A DNA stretch of 63,201 nucleotides, filler included, from Octopus bimaculoides (lineage: Eukaryota), in assembly GCF_001194135.2 (NCBI RefSeq). It is 9 parts of 8 records of this genome, joined end to end, with 100 filler letters (N's around TTAATTAATTAA, not from the genome) between each part and the next. Parts side by side here need not be neighbours in the genome. Positions count along the whole stretch, not along the records: positions 17,795 to 38,999 come from NC_068983.1; positions 39,100 to 44,576 come from NC_068987.1; 7 more parts are not named here. One strand, written 5' to 3'. The translations under genes and the position numbers were made by a program. The notes below the pieces were generated by a model that was not told the origin of the DNA, made no database searches, and saw only the letters and a program-made list of their open reading frames with translations. The first letter of the stretch is position 1. The number at the start of each line of letters is the position of its first letter. Shown here piece by piece: positions 24,848 through 39,485 of this stretch.

Positions 24848-26899
24848 GTTATTATTAATAATAATAATGATAATAATAATATTGTTATTGTTTTTGTTGT
24901 TGTTGCTGCTACTACTGCTGCTGTTGTTGTTGTTCTTGTTCGTGTTGTGAACTCTGCTACTGCTACTGCTGCTATTGACGACAAGGTGGTGAGCTGGCAG
25001 AATCGTTATCGCTTGGGACAAAATGCTTAGTGGCATTTCTTCCGACTTCTTACGTTCCCACAGTGGAACGACTTTGCTGCTCATATTTTCCGAAGTTTCT
25101 AAAACAACATATCAGTGATGTACTGGTGTAGGGCCTTGTGCCTAAATGAGAAAGAATCACTATAGTTTTTACTGATGCTGTTTTTGTTGTTTAAGGTTTC
25201 AGAAACATATTAATATTTTAGGAGCATCAGAATTAGTAGCATCTTTGAAAAAGTTTCATAATTGCTTTAAATGAAGGAAAAAATGTCCATGTTTGACAAT
25301 AATGTTTACAAATTCTGAAGGTAAATGCTTGTAAAATACTTCCTGATCTAAGCATTTCTTATTTCTGAAAACTGCTAGTATCTACTTTTATTAGCCACTT
25401 TTATTGCGCGTTATTGCAATGTTAGTTATAAATGGAATGAAGGATATATTTTTGATTGCCATAATATTTTTAATTAAACAGAAACGAGGGAATAATCGCG
25501 ATGCCTATCAGCTTGTTTCTGTGCAACATTGTTATCATTTGGTATTGCTGAGTTGCAATTGTGTTCGTTGTCAATTTTCTCAGAAAGAATTACGTCGTAG
25601 TCATTAAGTTTTATCTGGTAGGCTATTTGTACGCTGTAGTTCCGCAGTATTTTCATACTGTCAGTCATTTTCTAACAGAAGAATCGGTATCAGAGCTACA
25701 GAGATTTTTCTTGAAATTGCTGAAATTTAATAGTTAGGTGTATGTGCAACAGTTTTGCTACATTATTATTTCAATATGTATCGGCGTTTGTGTTGGACAG
25801 AGTGTTGTCAAAGAGTGGGCCCTGAATTTAACAAAAGTGACATATGGTCGAGTTGCACCTGCTTGAATATGCATGTGTTGATCATATTTAAACAACACGG
25901 CAAAGCAAAACGTCGCACACCGGGATAAGATATAGTTCACTTGTTTTGTCTATGGATGCATTTATCCACATTATTTCTGTGCAGCCAGAGATACTCTTGT
26001 TAATTGTTTCTCATCCATTTCTACATTTTCTGCAGCTATTTACCGTATTCAGCTTCATTACATGCTTTTCATGGTTCCTGATTAAGCCCTATGCCGCAAT
26101 CAAGATGCATTCTGTCCTTGCTTTGAGTTCAGCGCTTCTAAGCTGGTGTTGTTGATTTGTTTCACTTGACTATGTAGAGGCTTTTCTTAACAGCATTTTA
26201 AAATGGCATTCTGTAGACCCATTTTCTGTTCAGTTTTTAGCGCTTTCCTGATTTCTACGGGGGAGGGGGTCTGTATTTTCTCCATAACCATTTGTTATTG
26301 CAGTTTGTTTTGAAAGTGTTGGCTTCCTTGAAGACAAAAAATAGTTTTTGCTCTTTTCATGCTTCTTAGCTGCTTATATTAATTTTCCATGATTTTGTAA
26401 TAGATATTTTTGTAATAGTTTTCTCGTTATATAATACCTCAATCATCTGGTGAGAAAAATAGGAGAAATCTTACTTAATGTCGCGGAGAACTTTAAAAAA
26501 TATTTTAGACAAAATCATTTTCTAGAGCCTTAACAAAGATCCTGAAAAAAGAAAACCCGGTTAAATAAACATCTTCTCAGTTACATTTTGGTTTTCTCCT
26601 CCTACGAACAAGGTCACTGAATGCGTCCAATGAGGTGTGGAAATATTTCAGAGGCTAAATTAGTGAATTTGTTGATAGAAATTAATAGGATCCATTTGCA
26701 GGACAGGTTAACCAGAATACGTAGAATAGCATCAGCTACATTTAGTAAAGAGATAGTTACAAAGAATTGCAAGATAAAGGAGAAATTAGCCATTTAGAAG
26801 GAACTCATAGAATGAACCTCGCAAACGGTGTCCATGCATCGAGAGGGGCCTTCATCTAGTTCTAACCTAAACATAATTTATGCATTGACACATGCGGTG

Positions 26900-27560
26900 A
26901 AACACGAAGACACGAAAGCGATTTAATAGTCGAGGAACAGTGTAATAACAAAGGTAGTATTCGTTCTATGCGTACCGCAGCGGGGGGCTTCTATTTGAAA
27001 CAGGTGATCACGGTCTTCCAACAACACTTCTCCAAATCATTCTCCATGAGTGTCGTCGTGGACCCGGTAGGCTTCGATGTTTGCCGCGAGTCTCAAGCAT
27101 CAGGGCAGAATTTTGCTAAAACTGATTTCTGTTGTCGAAATACTAGGCATGCTGCGCCTCTGTGAAGCTCAGATTATCGAGATTAGATGGCCTTCATACC
27201 AAACTTATTCTTTCCTACTTTGTCAGCTGTCTACTACTGCTGATAATAGACAGAGGGCATTCCCATTTGTGTTAGAGGTGAGAGATGATGCTTCTGAGAC
27301 AGAAACTTATTAAAGTGATAATAAATTTAGGCCAATAACTCTACTTAACAAAGTATTAAAGAGCCTGGAAAAGGGGCTCGCCAAGGGACTGGCGCTTGAC
27401 GTCAGTAGTACAGTCGGAGATGCATCATCCACGGCAGATCTATGGACAGCAGCCTCCGTCTCATGCAATGCTTCGTATGATGAATTAAGAATAGATTTGG
27501 TTTTGATTAAGCGCTGATCAATTTAATTGTCAAAAGCTTTTGAAAGAGTTACCATCGTTA
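26900..27560 (+). mobile_element. Highly decayed LINE RT remnant (L1/Tx1-like)
   Basis: NKFRPITLLNKVLKSLEKGLAK and a degenerate D-Q/x-SKAF motif near 27520. Confidence 0.45.
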
Positions 27561-27600
27561 CATAGAGTATGTATATACATACATACATGCATATATATCC

Positions 27601-27631
<31 letters not shown>

Positions 27632-27879
27632 TACATATACATACATACATAAACATATATATATATATATATCACACAAACGCACGCACACACACACACA
27701 CACCCACACACACACACACACACATACATATATGTAGGGTAAGCAGAGTTAGAGGTTAGAATAACTGTCTAAAGGATAAGAATATCCATTCTTTCTTCCG
27801 GTATCAGTAAAGCAGTCCTGGATAAGTGTATGCCTACCCTGAGTAAAAAGATTAAACTCGAGTTATGGACTAACACCGA

Positions 27880-29400
27880 AAACACAAGAGGCTGGTTCTC
27901 TAACACAAAACATGGATGAGCATAGTTTTTTGCAAATTGACATTCGAAATTATTACTCCCCCAATGTTAAAACTCCTTGGCAACTAATTTTACTTATCTG
28001 TACCTTTTATACCATGGGTGAGCTTGTTTGCACTTGTTGCAATCTGGACTTAATTTTTCAACCAGCATACTGGTCTACCTCCACTTACAGTGGACCTATT
28101 AGTCCTACCCATGTAGGAACAACACAATCTCCCCTGTAGAACATAACTTAAATTTAAGAAATTAATATTGACTGATCTCCTGTCTAGATTGTATAGGTCA
28201 GTATTTGGGCACTGCAGTAGATGACTTCCCATGAGATATTATTACACTTAGGCTTATTGTGTATGAATGGAAATGTAATCTTGTGGTAGACCCAGTATAG
28301 CTACACCGACGTAAGCGTTGATGTAACAATAAGTTTAGTAATATGAACAATCTAATTTTAATTATAATATAATATGTATTAAGTAAGATTTAGTAGACTG
28401 TGGTAGGACCCGGAGTTTGTAACCATGTTAGTAATTAGCAATTGATTTAACTTGTAATCGTTTCACTGTTTTTTTTTTTAATTTTTTTTTTTTTACTTTT
28501 GCCCTCTCGTATGTCTAAGAGGCAGAATACACTCAGGAACGTGTAGACATTTACTTGTTCGTCTTGTATAACCGCCACTTGGAATTTTTCTGGCTATTTA
28601 GGATGTTAGATTTAGCATCATATTTCAAAGGCAATTTCCCCTATCAGTAGTCTCCCCTTAACTGTAAAAGAGTTACAGTCGTATCTTATTTTTATTTTTA
28701 TTTTATGTTATGTTGAGATGTTGTAGAAGGGCATGAGCGGCCTCGTGTCACTCGTGACATAGTCTTCTCCCCAACAACTTTTATTATTGGTTCATTGTCT
28801 TCTATGACGGTCTTAACTTGCCCTTGGTTTAAATATAACTGAATAATTGTAGAGATGGATGAACTTTGGTTAATTGTTAATTACATTACAGACAACAGGT
28901 GGTTGGTCTCTAGAATATTTCAGCAAGTACACCATCATAAAAACTCTACGGGTTTGGTTTTGGATAAACATTAATTAGTCCAATTTACGAAATCATAAGT
29001 ACTATTCTCTTTCTAGATATATTGGTAATTCCTGTTTTACTTTAGCACTAGCTTTATTTTACTACTATTTATACACCCTGTTACCCCTATATAAAAAGAT
29101 AACCCATAAATTATTTACCTAGTTCATTTGCTACTTCACTCTTTTGCCTATTTACTGCAAGCTTCACACTGCAAAATGGTATGATTCTAATATATTGAGC
29201 CTTCTCGCCTCATCTCGAGGCCCTGTTCTTTCCTCTTCCCTCTTCCTTTCGTTCATTTTATTTTATGTATTTGTATTCAGTCTGATGAAGCTCCATGTAC
29301 TAGGTTGAATGTGCGAAAATGGCGAATATTATTTTCGGAATTTCTTTTGTAAGCACCGACTAACATTGACCACAGAAACGGCCGTAACAAAAGTTATGTT
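27880..29400. mobile_element. Decayed Penelope-like sequences, apparently in both orientations, with a hammerhead-like motif
   Basis: LQIDIRNYYSP (PLE RT FDIxxFYPS-like) on +; ILNSQ-like GIY tail on -; CTGATGA (29282) ... GAAACGGCCGTA (29375-29386). Confidence 0.45.
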
Positions 29401-30397
29401 TTGTATTTTAAAAATATTAGGTCTGAGTAACATGCACACACAACAATATTAAGTGAATATCAAACTTAGTACACAAGTTCGGGCCACATGCTATTCTTAC
29501 AGTCTATGCTGATAATTAGACCAAGCTGAGTGTAGAAAACTGCTCTTAGCTATTCAGACGTGTACTTTATATTGAAAATACTATCTATAATATTTATGAA
29601 GCGCAGACTCCAGAAGAAGTGAATAAAATATAAGTGAGTAACAAAAAGGTTTTTAGGTTTCTCATTATTTTCTGTTGACTGTAGTGTTGAATTTTTTTCA
29701 TAGTATGTTGTGTCTTCTAATATGGATAGTACTAGAGTTATATAGTGTACTGTGTCCATTAAGACACCTGCACTCCCTTTATGAGCCTCTTTGATTGTTA
29801 TTGTGTTATCATCTTTTAATTTGTTCAGCTCAGCCCATTCTTTTTTGCTGAAGTTTGGTTTGTGTTTTTGTTTGTGTATATGTTGAAATGGGTAATTCGT
29901 GATGTATTCGAGGATTCCACCAATATCCTACCTCTGCCATACCACTCCCGTATTTTTCCTATTCTTTCTCTTCTTTTCCTACTCCCTCTTCTTCTTCTTC
30001 TTCTTCTTCTTCTTCTTCTTCTTCTTCTTCTTCTTCTTCTTCTTCTTCTTCTTCTTCTTCTTCTTCTCTGCTTCCTTTCTCGGCTACTACCGCTGTTTAA
30101 ACAATCAAAACCAAGAAATCATATCAAATATTCTTTTAGGACAGCTACTACCTACGACCTGTTACCAAGCCTTCACAAGAGTAAAAAAGAGAGACAGACA
30201 GACAGAAAAAAGGAAAATGTCCCTTGTATTTCAAAACTATGGAAATATTTAAGAAGACTTTTCATTTAATTTTTCCACAATCTAATTATTTTTCATGCTT
30301 TACTCTAAGTTGAAAAAGTCGCAAAGACTGAAACCGATACTAAAATGTTCTTCATGATAAAATTATTTTACTATTTTCTACCTTGTCTTATTTTCCT

Positions 30398-30476
<79 letters not shown>

Positions 30477-30595
30477 GTGTGTTTGCGCGCGTGTGTGTAT
30501 GCGTGTATGTATATATGTATGTATATATGTTTAATAGTATATGCATTTGTGTGTATATATAAATATATATATACATATATATATAAAGAGATAAA

Positions 30596-30632
<37 letters not shown>

Positions 30633-32018
30633 GGAGAGAGGGAGAGAGGGAGAGAGAGAGAGAGAGAGAGAGATACAGAGTGAGTGAGAAGCCGGTTCCA
30701 GATGATTGTAAAAAGATTTTTTTCCGCCTTTCAGTCACTCTTGCACCTAGTAATAGACTTAAGATCAAAAACTTTCCAGGGGAGATAAGCACTTTTGTGT
30801 TTCATGCATTGTGTCTATCCCGATTATGTTGCCCAGTTGAGGATGTAATTTCGAGGAGATATGGATTCTGTTTGTAAGAGTCCGATAAACCTCGTAGATG
30901 ATGCAACATTGGTTTGTTAAGTGAGATATTAATAAAGGTCTTCTATATAGATATTACACATCAAATTTGTAATGCAATATATGCACGAAATGTATTTTGT
31001 ATATAAGTTTGCAAGAAACCTGAATGAGGTTCGAAGGAAGTATGCAATTAAACATAATAAGTTTAATGAATGTGAACGATATCAGTTGTTCCCACTACCC
31101 ACTTTCAAATGTCTACTGTAAGCTGTTGTTGATATTGAGATTAAAATATAGTACTATCAACAACAGATAGGATATCTGCATAACAAGTTCTTCTCGGAAT
31201 CGAAACGATGTGTTTTTGTTAAGTATATTAAAACTTGAACAACAAATAATGGTATTTTTATAGATTTATTGTTGCTACTACCGGAAAATATATATATAAA
31301 GAACAAACTGAAATTTTTTATTTCGTTGCGACTTAATTTACCTAGCTATAGGAACTTGTATCAGGTGCCCTAAGAATACGATTTACAGTAGATTAGATTC
31401 TTATTCATATGAAGATTATCGTTATTGAATCTGAAACTGCTCGTTGGAGAGTACTCGCCAGAGAGTACTCGTGGTTGTCAAATATTAGATGTGAATTTAA
31501 ACGATAGATTTATTTCTATTACTGTAGGAATTTGCTCTTCGATACATAGCAATGTATTTAATGTCAAACGTTATATCCTAGATTTAGTTCGCACTTCTCC
31601 GTTGAATCAGCAGTTAAACTACAAATTATTACTGGGTGAATATTTGGATATGTACATATGTTTTCATACCTTTTAATATTACTGAATGTACTGAAAAGAA
31701 GTTACCTGATCATCCAGCACACAACTGTGTTCTATCAAACATCCCTTTTAAAAATATTAATATGCAAAATTTTTAGAATTTCTTCACATTGGAGAAACAT
31801 ACACGTTTAAGTATTTCGACTCTAGATTATACATCATAGCGCAAACGCTTTACGTGACGATCTTCTCGTGTTATTGACTGATAATGCAAAAATAATATTG
31901 CAATCCCTTTGCTCGTAAGAATTTACAAAAATAGTCTTAAAATGACTGTTTACATTACTTCATTAAGCCTAACAAAGTTTTGAAAATTGTAAAGGACTGC
32001 GTTATTGACTTACTGAAC

Positions 32019-32094
<76 letters not shown>

Positions 32095-33156
32095 CATATC
32101 AAAGATGCTTCTTTTCACAAGACAAACTACCATCAGACTAATATTCTACATAAATTGTAGCCAAAATGTCTCACGCAGTCTATGCAAAATATACTTTCAT
32201 TAGATTTCTATCATTATTATCGGTAGAAAGACACCATTAATGACTAGCGTTTTCTCGGTAGTCGTTATCCCGATTGCCTTGTTAAATATTTATACTTACA
32301 ATCAAATTAGTTAGGTATCATACTTCAGTTCACTTGGATTTATTTAATTACAGTCACTATCACAATTCCTTGCGTGATAAGAATATATTAGTTTAACCCT
32401 ATAATGAATTTGCTTTCGACATTTTCGCTCATTTTCATTCATTTTTTTTTTTTCTAGAAATATTTTCAGCTACTACTTTATCTCTAGTTTAATAATTAAG
32501 ACGAATTGCTATACAATTTTTAATTCGTACTGAATAATAGTTGCTTTAAAATAAGTTAAATAGTATTTATAACCCTTTTCCACCGATTGAAAATGAAAAA
32601 CATATCTATTAGATAAGATACTTTTAGAGACAATACAATGTAAACTGAACGATAAGCAGACAGAAAGGGAGAGTAAGACGATGAGGAAAAATATACATAC
32701 TTCAAGCAATATCACAACGACAGTCAACAAACGAAGCCGTAAAAAGAGGAATAATGAAGTAATTACATCAGTTTTAACTACTGCCGCCACATCACGAATT
32801 TAACTGTCGATTTAAGGATGCTGAACTGAATCGATCATAATTTCGGTGGAAATAGAATTTCCAATCAAATTCTTATTTCAGTTCTCGATATGCAGTCATT
32901 GTGATTGAAATAATATATGAAGTTCATAACAACTCATCGCAAAGAACATCACAAATTTATATCTTTGCTAATAAAATTGTCCACATAACACCACTTGTTC
33001 ATGTATTAAGGAAAGACTACATGTGTGCATGCATACATATATCCACATGCAACGTATACGAGTAATGCAAAGTTATGTATAGAGAACATAACTGTGTACT
33101 TATGATATTTGTATGTATGTATGTATGTATGTATGTATGTATGTATGTATGTATGT

Positions 33157-33207
<51 letters not shown>

Positions 33208-33283
33208 NNNNNNNNNNAAGCCCATCGGTATGAAAGCACCATTATTGGTGGAGAACTTATTTAAAAGCTCATATATATTTATA

Positions 33284-33552
33284 AATATAATTAAGGGATC
33301 AGCAAATATTTGCTTCACCATATACCGAAGTTCAGAAATAGCAGCTAAAAAAGCTGAGAATCCCACAGATAGCATCACTTGTAACTCACTTGTTTTTTCT
33401 TCTTGTCTTTTTTTCTTCATTGTTTTTTCTTCTTGTTTTTGCCTCTGTGAGTTACAAGTGATGCTATCTGTGGGATTCTCAGTTTTTTTAGCTACTATTT
33501 CTGAACTTCGGTATATGGTGAAGCAAATATTTGCTGATCCCTTAATTATATT
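33284..33552. mobile_element. Foldback/MITE-like element with 106-bp inverted repeats
   Basis: Arms 33284-33389 and 33447-33552 match at 104/106 around a 57-bp pyrimidine-rich spacer; ends TTAA|GGGATC...GATCCC|TTAA. Confidence 0.85.
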
Positions 33553-33617
<65 letters not shown>

Positions 33618-34104
33618 GTACGGAGAGAGGGAAATAGGTAGGTAGGTAGGTAGGCAGGCAGGTAGGTAGGTAGGATAATTAAGTAAAGCTTTAGCGGTAT
33701 TTCGTCCGTCTTTATGCTGTCGACTTTGCTTTTCATTCTTTCGGTGTCGATAAAGTAAGTACCAGTTGAACACTAGGGTCGATGTAATTGATTTAACCCC
33801 TTCCCCGAAAATGTTGGTCTTTTGCCAAAATTTGAAACCAATATTTCTTTGTGATGTCTACTTTCGGAGTGAGTTTGATTTACGACTCGTAGAACAATTT
33901 TTTTTACGAAATATGACATCCAACAATTATAGGTGGACAGTGTCATCAAACTTCATCCTTTTACGTTAAAACAAACAAGGATATAATACAAAAAACACAC
34001 ATACATATAACTGCTTCATACTCATAGACAATCATTTCACATACTTGAATATATACACTCACTCACTGTTATAATAATTATGTAAATTTATAGCTAAATA
34101 AACT

Positions 34105-34485
34105 GTTGGCACTCCGTTGCTTACGACGTCGAGAGTTCCAGTTGATTCCGATTAACGGAACAACCTGCTCGTGTAATTAACGTGCAAGTGGCTGAGCACT
34201 CCACAGACACGTGTACCCTTAACGTAGTTCTCGGAGATATTCAGCGTGACACGGTGTGACAAGGCCGACCCTTTGAATTACAGGCACGACAGAAACAGGA
34301 AGTAAGAGTGAGAGAAAGTTGTGGTGAAAGAGTACAGCAGGGTTCGCCACCATCCCCTGCCGGAGCCTCGTGGAGCTTTTAGGTGTTTTTGCTCAATAAA
34401 CACTCACAACGCCCGGTTTGGAAATCGAAACCGCGATCCTATGACCGCGAATCCGCTGCCCTAACCACTGGGCCATTGCTCCTCC
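34105..34485 (-). mobile_element. tRNA-derived SINE family C, intact, with 11-bp target-site duplication
   Basis: Head GGAGGAGCAATGGCCCAGTGG (A box) ...GGTTTCGATT (B box); AGCTAAATAAA at 34092-34102 and 34488-34498. Confidence 0.9.
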
Positions 34486-37134
34486 GCAGCTAAATAAATA
34501 AATAACTGAATTAATGAAATGTAGTAAATTGATATCAAATAGCTTAAAATAAATTTCAACTGTTGATGCTTACATGAAATTTATGAGAACTACATTAGTG
34601 TACCTATCCTTAAACGTATGCAAACACTCAGATAGTAACATGTATGTGTACATTATGACATAAAACTGTAACATACATACCTCGAGGCATTTACATAATA
34701 AAGACACAAATACTTACAAGTATATTTATAAACATATATGCGCACAAGTTCATACAAAAGTACACACGCCAAGATATGCATATGAACAATATAAATATGC
34801 ATAAACTATATATATATGTGTGTGTGTGTGTGTATGTGTGTTTATGTACATATATATGTATAGATATAGAGATATAGATATATATAAACTCATATACGCA
34901 TTCAAATACCTACATAAATACATACACATCAGTATACGCACATATATGCGCATGTGTATTCATGCATATATAAAATGCCATACACACCAATAATTCACTC
35001 GATCGTTTACACACCTAGACAGTAATGTGCACGCGTCCGCATACATATACATATATATTCACAATCTTTCTCTATCAAAACATGTTGCTTACGCCCAGAG
35101 AAACTTACATTTCCACATTTAAACATACATGTGTACTTTAATCTATCAACATTTACATACATATACGCTTTTGTGTAAGCATTAAGTCATATGCTTACGC
35201 ATTAACATTTATTCTTTTATATACCTGAAAAATCTGCTCGTTAGTTGATAATCTAAATAATATCTAAATGAATTTTTTTTTTCTTTTCAAATTTTTATGA
35301 TGCTGAGATGATTCAAAATGTGTTCATATAATTTATGGTCTAAGTTGATTTTTCTATATGAGTAAAATAATCCATTGCCAAAATGCAAGGTGACATCCTA
35401 AATATTTATTATAGATAGATTTGTTTAAATGTAACACAGTTTATAATAAATTTGTAGACTCCAATCAGGGTTTGTTAAGTCTATCTATGGCTCTGAATCT
35501 ACAACTGGTCATCTGCAATGGACCATCACCCTGCACAAACTTCTTCCTATATTAGGGGATTCGCCTCTAAGTTAAAACAGAATAAATAGGTTAATCAAAT
35601 TAATTGTCTCAACTGAATCACATGCACCATATTTAGACCAACAGAGGTCATTCTGAACATTTATTACTCGAAAAGAATTAACATAATTTTCAGAGTATGC
35701 ATAACCACACCGACCTCGAAATCTCTACTGGAAATACGATGGTGATATAATAATTGATATCATAAATCTTGTGCATACATCATTATATCCTCGAACCAGT
35801 TTACCACCTAAAAGTAATTACTTCATGACGCTAAAGATGCTAACTCTCCGATCTCTTATACGCTGGCTAAGTGTACTAATGTCTTCATTTAATCAGATTA
35901 ATCAGCTCAACTGATTATTATTGAATCTATTTAATCCTACAGTGTTAGTTGAGGAGATACATGAGGAAATATGCTGTTTAGAAGAAATCCTAAATACCTA
36001 ATTGTAGATATCAGTTATTATATCCTGCATTGTCTTACGGAATGATTTTTACGTATGTTCATATGTTTTGAGTGATGATATTTCTAGTCAAACTATTCAG
36101 ATGTTGGTTTTACATCATGTTTCCGAAAAGAGTGAGCGCTGCGGAATGAGCCAAAGATAGGAAAATTCTTCAGTCATGTATAAAGATAAAGAAGAGGTCT
36201 TTCACACGAAGACTGCTTGTGGAACGTTACTGATTTTCTTACATTCACGTTACCTACCAAATCGGTAAAACGAGGGATGAAAGAATAAGTTCCGTAGTTA
36301 AAAAAATATGTACTGGTATTGAGTTAATCGATTAAACACTTCAAGATTATACTCCAGAGGAACCACCGCCCCAAAGCTGAAGAAAGTAAGAGAATGTATG
36401 CGTTTGTGTATGTGTGTATATGTATGCATATGTGTACGTCATGTGTGTGTATTTGTGTGACAAATGTTAAATATATTGAGTGTAGACATATAAGCGTAAT
36501 TATATATAATACATATTTATATATATGTAGGTATGCAGGTACACATATATAGGTAATTAAAAAAGTAAAATAATATATCTTAAATATTTTTATGTTTGTA
36601 TATATGTAATATACAGTATTTGAATTCGAGCAACTATTAGTTTCAAGCTATGAAAACACGATAAGCAGACAAGCTTATATATGAAACCTTCTGTTTCCAA
36701 GCAATCTTTCAGAGTCACACATACAATATGGCTGGTCATTTTGAAAACACAAGAAGGAGAGGAGGATAAAAATTGGAATGAGAAAAAGAAGTAAAAAGTG
36801 GAATAGGGAAAAAGAAAAAAAGAAGAATTAAATCAAGTGTAGCGTCCTTTAGTCTGTTCGAATGAGAATTAATATGGTTGGTGTAGATTAATTCAACGGA
36901 AAGGAAGATAAAGTGTGTGAGACTTCATATTTGATGCGGAAGTCGGTTTCCTGCAGTTCAACAAAATTAATTGTTCATATGTTTACATTTAATAAAAATT
37001 ACGGGTCCAGAATTTAGTAGGCGCGTGGAGTTCTTAGATCTAAAGGGAATATAATATCGTTCGGTTACACATAACCAGCATGTGTGTGTATGTGTGTGTG
37101 TGTGTGTGTGTTTATAAACGTATATATGTAGTCG

Positions 37135-37181
<47 letters not shown>

Positions 37182-37881
37182 CACACATGTATTAGTTTGC
37201 AAAAGTGCCACCGATCCGATTACCTGTGTTTCAAGGAAAATAACCAACACCATAGATCATCCTTAATTGCTTCCCTTTTCCCGTATGTTAACCCTTTTAT
37301 TTTTGCGCCAGCTACAATCATATAAAACCTCGTTTGATATCTCGTTTAGCATCGTGTCTCGTTTAACATCGCGAGCAGCAAGGAAGATGCAATCTATGGT
37401 TGAAAAATTGCAACGTCATTCCCCGCAAGAAAACATTGCAATCGTAATTAACAGCACTCCAGTTATAAGACAAGATATCCATTCACCAATGCGATGTTGA
37501 ACATTCACTTCCCAATTCGTTACCTTTGTATGTACATATACATACATACATACATACATACATTCATATATACATACATACATACGTACATACATACATA
37601 CATACATACATACATACATACATACATACATACATAGAAAGGGTATGCGTTTGCAATCCAGGAACAGGAAATATCAACCAAGAACCTGATGCACAAAAGG
37701 GATAGAGATGCATAAAAAGTCATTAGACACCATATTCTCAATATAAAATAGTGTACATTTAAACATAAGAGAAAAACTATCTTTTACGTATATGACTTTA
37801 GCAATTTTTAACAGATTGGTTCAGCAGTTATTCATTTACTGCCGACTGATACTGCACTTGAGCGGTGAATTTTGAAAAGTT

Positions 37882-38990
37882 ATCTATATATATATAAAAT
37901 TGAGAATGTGTGTGTGTGTGTGAATCCCTAAAACTCCAGAACTACACAACCAATTTCATTCAAATTTTACACATGCCTTACCTTGGAGTCCCGGTTGCGT
38001 TTTAGGTTTTAGTCAAAAAATATTTTTAACTTCTTGCATAGTTCAAGCCCACAGCAACATAATATCTCCACTATTTAAGAATTACGTGTCAAAAATGAAA
38101 CAAAAACTCTCATGTCAAATACTTTCACTTTAAAAATGAAACTTTTCCACTATTTCAGTATCAAAACTGAAACAATCACACTTCGATACTGTAATGACAG
38201 ATACATTCACTTTAATGGTTTTGGTTTCATTTTCATACAGAACCTACTATAGTGAAACTATACTCTCACATATATACAGGCATACATACATATATACATA
38301 CATACATCTCACATATATACAGGCATACATACATATATACATACATACATGCATATATATATATCTGCACAAATGTATCCATATATATAAAGATGAGAAT
38401 GTGTGTCTGTGTGAATCCCTAAAACTCGAGAACTACACAACCAATTTCATTCCAAATTAACACATGCCTTACTTAGGCCAAAACAATTTTTAACTTCTTG
38501 CATACTTCGAGCCCACAGCTATATCATATCTCCTCCATTATTTCAGTATTGCGTGTTAAAAATGAAACAATAATATCACTCTACTCTAATGTCTGATACT
38601 TTCACTTTAACACTGAAACTATTCTACTATTTCAGTATTACATGTCAAAAGTGAAACAATAACATGTCGCCACTATAATTTCAAATATTTTCACTTTAAT
38701 ATTTTCAATTTCATACTGAAACTATTAAAGTGAGACTATACTCTCACATATATACAGGCATACTATAAGACCCAAGTAAAAACATTCCCAACAATTCAAC
38801 TTCTCTAGTTGACATTAACACACCCACCCTCAATAGGGGCCTTCATTCCCACATTTTAGAGCTCCATGAGCTCCATTTTGCAGGAGCAAAATCTTTTTTA
38901 CAGGTTCCAGAAGACTGAAATTTTGGAATATGCGCATAAAGATCAATAGTATGGGATACATGTCTCATGATTAGAATTTCTTTAGGGGTG
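37882..38990 (+). mobile_element. Non-autonomous repeat with internal duplication, possibly Helitron-derived
   Basis: Starts TCTATATATATATAAAATTGAGAATG; the unit gagaatgtgtg...tgaatccctaaaactc...ccaatttcattc recurs at ~37900 and ~38395. Confidence 0.45.
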
Positions 38991-39410
38991 TAAAGAGGGN
39001 NNNNNNNNNNNNNNNNNNNNNNNNNNNNNNNNNNNNNNNNNNNTTAATTAATTAANNNNNNNNNNNNNNNNNNNNNNNNNNNNNNNNNNNNNNNNNNNNG
39101 AGAGACAGAGAGAGAGAGAGGGATGAGATAGATAGATAGATAGATAGATAGAAAGGGGGAGAAAGAAAAAAAGAAGAAATAAAAGCACGGCTTGCTTTAG
39201 ATCACTAGTCTTCAATTCCATTGTAGAAGCGTATTATCATGTGGACATTCTTACGAAGCAGTACTGAGCCTCTAGCTTCCGACAATTGTTCACGAAGAGA
39301 CATCGTCTATGCGTATCTAGCAGGAGAGTTAAACATTTATTAGAAATGAATAACTAGAAGCCAAATACATCAGCTCTACTCCTCCTCCTCTCTCTCTCGC
39401 TCTCCTCATG

Positions 39411-39485
<75 letters not shown>

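Noticed and set aside
24800-26900. Possible missing POLR3A or FANCM exons in the middle region
   Set aside because: No RPC1 or FANCM motif found by eye here or elsewhere in 14.3-61.3 kb; only decayed repeat-like sequence. A TBLASTN is needed to exclude very short exons.
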